From contig RDEW01000013.1 in the NCBI GenBank assembly GCA_011109175.1, positions 1,034,181 through 1,098,180 on the forward strand: DNA of 64,000 nucleotides. Direction: 5' to 3'. The notes under the pieces were generated by a model that saw only the letters and a list, made by a program, of their open reading frames with translations, searched no databases and was not told where the DNA came from. Of this stretch, positions 1 to 9,417 are shown piece after piece (the first letter of the stretch is position 1; each line of letters starts with the position of its first letter). The position numbers and the translations under genes are program-made. Source of the DNA: Dicyema japonicum (taxonomy: Eukaryota > Animalia > Dicyemida).

Positions 1-10
1 ATTTTCATAG

Positions 11-705
11 GAGACTATCTACGCTCTGAACTACACCAGGTTATTTACGTACATAACAATAGTACACAGAACTATGCTACAATGTGACATTCTACATTAT
101 GAATAGTGACGAGTCATTATTTAATAAAATCGGGTCTATTTTCATGTTGTATTCTCTGTATCATCGACAACCATCTGAACCGCCAGTTAAGGTTGATTTT
201 TAAATTTATAAAAGATAAGAATAACCACATTAATGTCAAATAATATTATCAATATTATTCCGGAAGCATTAAATAGTGGAGAATGTGACGTCATATATAT
301 TATCAACAAGATGAGACATGAACAATGTTTTATGATGTGTCACACACTCTCTGAGGTTATAGTATTTATTATAAGAGAATTGCTTGGAATCGGCTGACGT
401 TCAAACATATCACAAGGTTGATCAATTATCACGTGCTTTTATTGGACTTGACTACTGTAGTGAGACTGCATTTCAAGTTTGCATAATATTTACCAAGGAA
501 ATTGATAATGTGAACGATAATTATCAACTTGTGAAGGCTAAATTACCAAAGAGCATTCAATTGAGGGATGTTATTGAATCCCCAGTAGAACAACTATCAC
601 AGTTATTTAGTGGCTATATTGTAGAATTAACAATGATTCCATTAAAAAGAGTAATTTGTCAAAGGATAAGGTTTTCTGGGGTTTACCTTTAGTTATTCAA
701 ATTGA
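11..705 (+). CDS. SNAPC1: snRNA-activating protein complex subunit 1 (SNAP43) homologue, spliced; 5' end lies outside the window
   Basis: Splicing GT-AG introns 40-62 (23 nt), 192-214 (23 nt), 356-377 (22 nt) and an in-frame 21-nt intron (gtttgc...accaag) gives GDYLRSELHQ-YTELCYNVTFYIMNSDESLFNKIGSIFMLYSLYHRQPSEPPVK-IRIT...DVIYIINKMRHEQCFMMC...QEIDNVNDNYQLVK. This matches SNAPC1 motifs as I recall them (RVGALYLLYGLY...KIRV...AAYIFRKL; EEMLNVHDHY). The exact 3' end (705-760) is uncertain. Confidence 0.8.
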
Positions 706-1052
706 TTCGTGATGATGGTGACCTTAATATTGGGTTTGTTAGTTCGGATGGTAACTGAGTGTCCTATTACAAGATTTTTAGATTTATAACTTTGTAAAAT
801 ATATTTAAAAAAACTAAAAAATATTTTAAAAAACTTTGTTCCCCGTAATTGTCGGAGTGTTATGTTAGAGAGGAAAATGTTGAGTGTTTTGAAAAAAATC
901 GATCATTGAATTTTCTGGGGAGATTTTGGTGCTTATACCGTGCCTTTCTGTAAGACTCCGTCCATCGTAGTATAGCAGCTTTTGCGCTACAATCTTGGAC
1001 GAAGAAGACGATTTTGAGTCTTTGTATGTTTTCGTTAGTTCTAAGGAGAGAT

Positions 1053-1381
1053 TAATAATAATAATAAAGCCTTTTCACGAGAGCCATAGTATTTTATAGC
1101 TCCGCATAGGCAGGACAAACACTTTATTTAAGTAAAGAACAGTTAATTTTAACTAATCGTAGAACCAAGGAATGATCTTCACTTCTTTTTTTTTCTTTTC
1201 TTGTGTGAGTGTCCTTTCTAGACAAATCCAGTTCCGCAGTGAGTATTCACTGATGACGGCGTCACTCGTCAAACCATTTCTGCATCGTAGATGCGTGGAA
1301 CCTTCCACCAGGTGAACAGCAGCGAGATTCGAACCCGTAGCCTAAGCCACTTAAGGCCGACACATAACCACTAAGCCACCC
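1053..1381 (-). mobile_element. tRNA-derived SINE, full length
   Basis: Minus strand begins GGTGGCTTAGTGG (A box) ... GGTTCGAATC (B box) and ends in a GAGC/GCTC hairpin plus (TTA)n. Homologous to 21098-21415. Confidence 0.85.
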
Positions 1382-1388
1382 AGCTTTC

Positions 1389-1557
1389 GTCAAGAGCATA
1401 CAATTTTGCGTCGAGAGCATACAATGAGGTCGTCAAGAGCATACAATTTTGCAATAGGATGAATTCAAAAAACCCAGAAAGTTGAGAACATATCAGTAGA
1501 TAATGATTGGTGTCCATAAAGGTCACTATTATTGTCGAGTACAATAAGCCGGACATT
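1389..1557 (+). mobile_element. Relic of the restriction-like endonuclease region of an R4/NeSL-like retrotransposon
   Basis: RKLRTY... and IIVEYNKPDI match RKLRTH...VKHNKPDI of the 9481-11541 ORF. Preceded by three ~20-bp imperfect repeats and followed by (TAA)n. Confidence 0.5.
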
Positions 1558-1599
1558 TAATAATAATAATAATAATAATAAGCCACCAAGGAGAGATTG

Positions 1600-1972
1600 T
1601 CTTTCGAAATTATGTCGACTTCGTTAGCATATATTGCTTTTTCCATCTTTCCTTAGCATAAAGTTCATATTTCACTCATAGCTGTTTACAAATATATTGC
1701 GAGCACTAGAGGGGAAAAAGTATCCTAGATTAGTGGAGAGAGTCTTCAGAATTTGTTCTGAATTTTCTTGAGTATGTTTTGTTGACTCTCACATCAAGCT
1801 CAGTATTGGATTGTAATTTCTAGTGATTCCTATGTTCAAGTACCCCGGTTAGTTAATGACTGTTAATTGTGTCAAAGGCGTTGGATAAGTTCATTAATGG
1901 GTTTATCTGTGGAATATGTTTATGATATTTTTTTAATCTTAACTTCAATGGCTCAGTGACCTTCACTTAGGT
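1600..1972 (-). mobile_element. Degenerate LINE reverse-transcriptase fragment (second copy at 43520-43820)
   Basis: Minus-strand NLSNAFDTINSH resembles RT motif DLSKAFD. Clear nucleotide similarity to 43520-43820. Confidence 0.55.
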
Positions 1973-2399
1973 TAGGGGTTGCACTCACCAGGTTACAGTT
2001 TCATATTTAGAGGCATTTCTCTTGATGATTGAATTAAGGTTCCCTTCTTTCAGTTCGGTTGGGAGTGATCCGAGGAAAAGAGGTGCAAAGCAGAGAAGAC
2101 GCATCCAGGAGTCGAGTATTATCATCGATTAACTTTGAAAGACAGGAGGCAGCTACTGTACGCGCCGAACAGGGAAGAGACTTGCGGGAAGTATAGTTTA
2201 TTAGGTCCAAATCAGTTCATTGTCGTTCGTCCTGGAGTGAGGTTTACCATTTTTAATCGAGGCTCAAAAAGCTGCTCACTACAACCATATTTTTTTAAAA
2301 CATCAAGCAATCTTCGCTTTTCTTATTAATAGTGACTTGACTTGTACATTTTGTACACAAAAACTCTATCTTTAAAATTTTTATATACATAAATGGGGA

Positions 2400-3400
2400 T
2401 TTACATATACTTCTGGATGGAATTACTTTATAATTCATGTATCATCCAAATTGTAGATATGATCAGGTGAGTATGCCTTAGAAACTTCTTCGAATTCTTA
2501 ATACCGTTTTTAGATTTCAACGAGGTGATTAGTTCTTGTGCACAGACCTCTCTCATAAACATTTGCCAGTCTCCAGGAAGCACAATTGGACTTTTTCATT
2601 AATGTCTTTGGACATTACCTTCTGCTCTCAAAACCATACACCGGACACATCTTGTACGGTACATTATGGATTACCTTCAGACAACAATCATTATTCGCAT
2701 CAAAACAGTTCTTCAACACAGTACCTTTATTTCTCGGACAGAAAAAGTCAAACAAAAACTCTCAATGACGAAATATCAAAAATAATTAAAGAGCTGAAGC
2801 CGACTAACATTGCAAACTAGTATCGTCCCTTCCATTTTAGAAATCCGCTCAGACAGTATGGAGAGTAATTAAACAATTCGGCCCAAAATGACATTTAAAC
2901 ACAAAACAGCAGAAGGATCAGCACAGTCTTAACATACTTATGAAATATTACGCCAGTATAAGCCACAAAACTTTCAGGAAAATAGATGGGCCTTCTTTGT
3001 CCTCAATAGACGGAAGAGAATCCAGCCGATCGACTTTATCTCACGCTCAGATGACAGTGAGGGTTTGAAGTGGATGAATTCTTCCCTCTCAAGTGGGCCT
3101 GATTCTATATCTGTTATCTTACTAAAACACCATAGACCCATTGCAATTGATGCAATCACAGTGATTTTCAACAATTCAATAAACATGAATACAATTCTAC
3201 CTATCTGGAAACTGTCCTATATAAGCCCTATCCTTAAGCCTGGGAAGCCTAAGAATAATCCTTCATCATTTCGACAAATCTCTTTACTATGCACTCAAAA
3301 TTATTGGAAAAACTGATTCTTAATTTTAAACCCCGTCTCTTCCATTTTTATCCTCGCTACATGGATTCAAAAGAGGTTATTCAACCTTACACACCTCAAT
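2400..3400 (+). mobile_element. Degenerate LINE ORF2 relic (linker and RT N-terminus) inside the cassette
   Basis: SSGPDSIS...IWKLSYISPILKPGKPKNNPSSFRQISLL...SKLLEKLI, with frameshifts. Also present at about 19380-20400 and 33120-34060 on the minus strand. Confidence 0.8.
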
Positions 3401-4615
3401 ACCCTTCCAACAATTGGCTAAGTCTTCATCAGCAAATATTAATGTTTTGCTCTGTTCAACACAAGCAGATGGATTTGGTCGTCGCAAAAAGACGTTCTCG
3501 TTGGATCAGTTATTCACGACTGTTTGTGTTGTGTTAACAAAGATTATAAGCTTGGGGTTAATAAATAAATAGATTGTATCCTGTTCCCACGATCTGAGTA
3601 AGTCGTGTCATTATCAAACAATCGATCGATATCTACAATTATAGAAACCATCACTAATGTAGGAAAGGAAAAAAACTTTTTCCTACGACGGAAGGCATAG
3701 GCTTTCCTGAGACAACTTAAAATCTACATAAAGTCAATTAGGTCAAAACTTGGATTTATGAGTCAAAAATCGTTATACATATAACTAACTGATAAGATGG
3801 TGTTCGAAAAGGAATTCACAGTATAACAAAAGAATCAGTTATACTGTTCAAGGAAACTTTTGTGTTCACAAAATTTTTAAAAACAGTAACGCCACATTTC
3901 TAAGAGCAAAATTCCATGAAATTGACATTATTATTGATATACTGATAAGAGAGTTACTGACAAATTTATTTTGTGATTATTTATGACGTTTTCCTATCAA
4001 ACTCGATATCATAACAAAATCAATTTTTCAGATTATCAGTAGTTTTTTTCGGTTTGTCCAGGAAAAGAAATAGGTTAGTTAGGGATTAGAAAGACTGTGT
4101 TGCTTTTCTATCGGTCTATTATACTTCGACAGGTGGAGAAAGTCAGACAGAATGCTTAGGTGATTTTGAACATTATCTGAGCTATTTGAGTGTTTCTAGC
4201 ATTTGACAGTGAGATCATCATCGTTAAAATAGAAAGAGTTTGTTAGTTATGGACAATACAGAATTAATTCAATAAAGGTTTTCTTTAGTCTTTAAATAAG
4301 TCACTTATTATAATAATTTTCAGGAAGATATTTCAGTGGCACATTTTTGAGATTTAAAAAAAAGGCGGAAATTTTTATCAAATATTTCTGAATTCACAGT
4401 CAAATTTACTTAATCATTAAAGCTTAGTTGAAGTTATCGCGGGGGATTCGTAGATTTTGTATGAGTTTTTCAAACAGGAGAAATAGGGAGTTCAAGCTTT
4501 ATGGAGACATATATAAAATACTCAAGTAAAAATCCTAATTTCCTTAATTTAAATTAAATTGACAGTTAGTCAACACAAAACCCAATTTAATCCCAAAGTG
4601 AATATCGAGAACTAA

Positions 4616-5115
4616 TCAACAGTCCGTATACCAAACCGGGAAAATAACACAAATGATGGAATTACCGTCAAGATCCTCAATTTGAATTCTAAGCCCACGC
4701 AGGGATTCTATAATTGTTCAAACAAACAAGCAGCTTTTTCCTCAAAATTTGTTTTTTTTAATTCAATCTCAGATTGGTTCCCATTGATCAAATCACAACT
4801 CCCACATTCATATTTAAATATATATCTCATTATTTAGGGCTTGATTGGAAGAACACCTGCTCCCACAAATAACAATCAAATTTCCTCTACAAGAAGTTGT
4901 AGTCAAATCTAATAAAACTCACAAATTACTTGGTATGAAATGTAATATAGTTTTTGTAAAAAACTACAAAATATCTGATAATAATTCTGGCTTCGCTAGT
5001 ACTTCCATCTAAGTTCATATTTTTAATATTTTAGTACCACAATTATTAATTGCTATTTCATATTATAATAAGAATTGACTTTTAGAAATTAAACGCAGAA
5101 AATCGCAGCGTACAT
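4616..5115 (-). pseudogene. ML-domain (NPC2-like) secreted protein, copy 1, pseudogene
   Basis: Same 4-exon structure as 6966-7504, but codon 9 TTA>TAA (nonsense substitution) and frameshifts in exons 2-4. Confidence 0.8.
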
Positions 5116-5337
5116 TGTTTTATATAATTTTATTATTTTTTGACAAATTTAGGTTCCCATTAAAAAGTTAAAAAATTATAAAAACTTTCCATTTATAGTT
5201 TAATTAAAGTCTATAGACATTATCCCACGTGAGTTCTATTCGAACTGTTATTTACTTCATCTAAGTATTTTTTGTCTTTACCTTCTTCAAATTTTGAATC
5301 TTTACCTTTTTCAATTTTGACCTTCTTCAATTTTGAA

Positions 5338-5532
5338 TTCGAATCTCGCTGCTGTCCACCTGCTATAAAGTTCCACGCATCTACTATGCAGAAAGTTTGA
5401 CGAGTGACGCCGTCATCAGTGGATACTCACTGGCGAGCTGGATTGTTTAGAAAGGACACTCACACAAGAAAAAGAAAAAAAGAAGTGAAGATCATTCCTT
5501 GGTTCTACAATTAGTTAAAATTAACTGTTCTT
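5338..5532 (+). mobile_element. SINE body (B box to near-tail) forming one end of the cassette
   Basis: TTCGAATCTCGCTGCTG...TTAACTGTTCTT matches the SINE at 21098-21415. Equivalent pieces at 17242-17437 and 30939-31135 on the minus strand. Confidence 0.85.
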
Positions 5533-5918
5533 CCAGTAATAATCTGGCAACTAAATAACCACAATTATTCCATTGTCAACATATTCAACGACCTCGGGAT
5601 GTCGGAATAGATAATGGCGGTATTTATCGATCGCATAGCTTACGCTCCCAAGATCGGGTTGTTACTCTAATCCTCGCTGAGGACATTGAACGGAACCTCG
5701 TGCCCCACAACTACGGGAAATACCTCCGATAAATTAAATGATGTTTGAAAATTGAATCAAAAATGTAAATTTCATAAATTTTTCATTGGATATTTAAATA
5801 TATCTATAAATTTTTATAATTCATAAATATATCTATAAATTTTTATAATTCATAAATATATATATAAATTTTAATAATTAAAGAAATTAATTTATTCAAC
5901 GTGAACAAATGTGTCTGT
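5531..5918 (+). repeat. Dispersed repeat B (copy on the opposite strand at 24708-25060), possibly a LINE 5' end
   Basis: Direct nucleotide match to the reverse complement of 24708-25060. Contains LILAEDIERNL(V/L)P, a degenerate 2A-like motif. Confidence 0.8.
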
Positions 5919-5946
5919 GAACAAACTCAAGAAAAATAAAGAAGGT

Positions 5947-7678
5947 CAACATAAAATCTACATAAAGTCAATTAGGTCAAAACTTGGATTTATGATTCAA
6001 AAATCGTTATACATATAACTAACTGATAAGATGGTGTTCGAAAAGGAATTCACAGTATAACAAAAGAATCAGTTATACTGTTTAAGGAAACTTTTGTGTT
6101 CACAAAATTTTTAAAAACAGTAACGCCACATATCTAAGAGCAAAATTCCATGAAATTGACATTATTATTGATATACTGATAAGAGAGTTACTGACAAATT
6201 TATTTTGTGATTATTTATGACGTTTTCCTATCAAACTCGATATCATAACAAAATCAATTTTTCAGATTATCAGTAGTTTTTTTCGGTTTGTCCAGGAAAA
6301 GAAATAGGTTAGTTAGGAATTAGAAAGACTGTGTTGCTTTTCTATCGGTCTATTATATTTCGACAAGTGGAGAAAGTCAGACAGAATGCTTAGGTGATTT
6401 TGAACATTATCTGAGCTATTTGAGTGTTTCTAGCATTTGACAGTGAGATCATCATCGTTAAAATAGATTTGAGTGTTTCTAGCATTTGACAGTGAGATCA
6501 TCATCGTTAAAATGGAAAGAGTTTGTTAGTTATGGACAATACAGAATTAATTCAATAAAGGTTTTCTTTAGTCACTTATTATAATGATTTTCAGGAAGAT
6601 ATTTTGTCGCGAGCGCTACTTCCAACTATGCGCTACCTTAGTCTTTAAATAAGTCACTTATTATAATGATTTTCAGGAAGATATTTCAGTGGCACATTTT
6701 TGAGATTTAAAAAAAGGCGGAAATTTTTATCAAATATTTCTGAATTCACAGTCAAATTTACTTAATCATTAATGCTTAGTTGAAGTTATCGTGGGGGATT
6801 CGCAAATTTTGTATGAGTCCTTCAAACAGGAGAATTGGAGGAGTTCAAGCTTTATGGAGACTTATATAAAATACTCAATTAAAAATCCTAATTTCCTTAA
6901 TTTAAATTAAATTGACAGTTAGTCAACACAAAACCCAATTTAACCCCAAAGTGAATATACGAGAACTAATACCTGGTAAAAAATACCCCAACCGGGAAAA
7001 GAACACAAATGATAGAATTCGCGTTAAAATCCTCCAATTTGAATTTTAAGTTCATGCAGCGATTCTATAATTATTCAAACAAACAACCAGAATTCTACCC
7101 TTTAAAATTCTTTTTGTTAATTCAATATCAATTGGGTTATCATTGATCAACTCAACACTCGTACATTGCATTCTAAATTTATATCTTCTATAATCTTGGG
7201 CTAAATCGGAAGGACACCAGCTCCTAGGAGTAGCAGTAAATTCTCCTCTCCAAGAAGTTGTATTAAAATCTAATAAAACTTACAAATTACTTGGTTTAAA
7301 CTGTAATGTGACAAGATATTTAGTCCTATACATGTCATGTGACATGAAAGGATTATGTCCTCTGAGAATAATTTTGGCATTGGTACTATTACTTCCATCT
7401 AAGTTTATATTTTTTAATATTTTAGTACCACAATTATTAATTTGCATTTCATAATGAAAAGAATTGACTTTTAGAAATAAAACACAGAAAATCGCAGCGT
7501 ACATTGTTTTATATAATTTTATTAGTTTTTGACAAATTTAGGTTAGCCATTAAAAAATTAAAAAAACTTTCCATTTATAGTTTAATTAAAGTCTATAGAC
7601 ATTATACCACGTGAGTTCTATCCGAACTGTTATTTACTTCATCTAAGTATTTTTTGTCTTTACCTTTTTCAAATTTTA
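5947..7678 (+). repeat. ML-gene cassette copy 2 (partial, tandem to copy 1)
   Basis: Matches about 3712-5300, with an internal tandem duplication near 6418-6510 and a duplication plus filler near 6571-6686. Confidence 0.9.
6966..7504 (-). CDS. Secreted ML-domain (MD-2/NPC2/Der p 2-like) protein, copy 2, intact, 154 aa
   Basis: Exons 7504-7429, 7398-7291, 7269-7088, 7064-6966; introns 30, 21 and 23 nt, all GT-AG. Product MYAAIFCVLFLKVNS-FHYEMQINNCDG...TLQFKP...RCMNLKFKLEDFNANSIICVLFPV. It has a signal peptide, an N-terminal Cys and the C-terminal 'kLxDxxgxsixCxxfPV' pattern typical of ML domains. Confidence 0.8.
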
Positions 7679-8079
7679 AAAACTTCAGTGAGATTTTCCA
7701 GAGTCAAGGAATTCCCAGTGCCTGGTCACTGAAGAAGAATCTTTTTCTTGTGTCTACACGAGTGAGAAAGTTTTTACGCTGGCAATTATGGGCGCGATAC
7801 TTGGAATTGATGCGTTCCACTCGGACTTTGGGAACTAAGTAGAACATCTTTCAGATATATTTGGGGTTATTAAAAATACTAAGGGATCCTCGACCGGTTC
7901 ATTTCCGTACAATTACTGTAGAGACAACTGAAGGGATAAGCAAAAAGTCTGTCTTTTCTCAAGAACCTGGATGTCTGGCTACACTCAGAAGCCATGATGA
8001 TTAGATAATATTTTAAATAAAAGAAACTGAGATTATTGATACTTTTCGTAAAAGTTGAACACAAAACAGAGGAAGGCCT

Positions 8080-8800
8080 CAGGGAGTTGATTCTAAGATT
8101 CAGTATAGAAGAGCGCCGTCTTTGGCTTATTGTTAAATATCAAGAAGACCAAAATTATGACTACTGCTAATAATGGAACTAAAAATTGGGAATGAGAAAA
8201 TAGAGAGTTGCGATAATGTTGTCTTTCTGGGATGTCTAATTAATCGGAATGGTGACGGAGGCCTGGAAATCAAGAGGCAAATTGCCATGGGACGAGACAC
8301 CTTCCAGGGAATGAATAGAATTTGGAAAAAAAAGATATTTCCTTAAGGACCAAATGCAGATTAGTTAATGCAATCGTGTTCCCGGTTTTTTTATACGGCG
8401 CAGAATCGTGGACATTGAAAAAGGCGAATAGGCAAAGAATTAATGCTTTTGAGCTGTGGTGCTGGAGGAGGTTATTAAGAATCCCTTGGACCTCCAAAGT
8501 AACAACCATCAATGTACTCAAACGGGTAGAGACTGACATTTCGCTAGAGGGAAGTAAAACACAGATTGGCGTTCTTTGGGCATGTTGTCCGCTCTGATTC
8601 ACTGGAAAGAACCATTATGATTAGCAATATTACTGGCAAGAGAAGACCTGGCCGACCGAGGACTCGGTGGCTATTCACGGTGGAAAACGTCACGGGAATG
8701 CCTATATCAAGGCTACTCCAAATTGCAACGGATCGGGGAGAGTGGAGGAAATTCGTTCATGAGATCTAAAGGGTCGGACACGACTAAATTGGACAACATA
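8080..8800 (+). mobile_element. RTE/BovB-like LINE, 3' part, frameshifted
   Basis: LNIKKTKIM...FLG...EIKRQIAMG...RTKCRLVNAIVFPVFLYGAESWTLKK...AFELWCWRRLLRIPW...GRPRTRW...DRGEWR; 3' end GGGTCGGACACGACT. Confidence 0.85.
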
Positions 8801-9194
8801 ACATGTGTGTAGATGTCCCTGCAACTAATGGAACAATACTTCAACAATGACCACCCTTAATGGAAGGCCGAGGGTCACTCTCCCTTGGTTCTCAACAAGG
8901 GTCTTAAGATGATTGGAAAGAATCTAAATGTACAGACGACATAGAAGACATACTGTCGCATCCAGTGGATAGAGAACGTGAAGACGTCTTGTGAAGAGGA
9001 AGCTAAATCGTGTGGCACAATCGCCATATAACATTCATTGGTTCTGATAATGTGCGTTTAATAATAATTAAATTTATAGTTAGGAATCAAAAATATTTTG
9101 GTTTTTTTTAAATAAAAGTTGATAGGAGATATGTGTGAATTATTCATTTTAATTATGTTTGAAATATCATTTTTGAAGCCATTTATTTATGTAT

Positions 9195-9357
9195 TCGTTG
9201 GTCCAATCACGGCTGAGTTCTTGCGAGAACTCGGAAAATTGCTTGCCAGAAAGAAAAGGGATCAACGAGAAGGGTTATGGCTAAGACAAAAGATTGGAAT
9301 GGCCATACTCCGAGGGAACTCGTTCGCAATCCATTATTATTATTAATCCACGCAGCA
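9195..9357 (+). mobile_element. CRE-clade retrotransposon 3' fragment
   Basis: VGPITAEFLRELGKLLARKKRDQREGLWLRQKIGMAILRGNSFAI, nearly identical to 58765-58900. Confidence 0.9.
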
Positions 9358-9417
9358 TTTAATAAATTAAATTAAAAATTAAAGGTTAAAATAATTTTAT
9401 AATTTTAATTTATTTAT

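Larger units (their letters stand above)
2150..5558 (+). repeat. ML-gene cassette copy 1 (LINE relic + cryptic convergent CDS + ML gene + SINE body)
   Basis: Near-identical in reverse complement to 17162-20772 and 30857-34424; part also repeated at 5947-7678. Confidence 0.9.

Noticed and set aside
1389-1453. Short ~20-bp repeats that could suggest a CRISPR array (also 49157-49308 and 34600-34675)
   Set aside because: No unique spacers of regular length, the units are degenerate and contiguous, the context is eukaryotic, and there are no cas genes.
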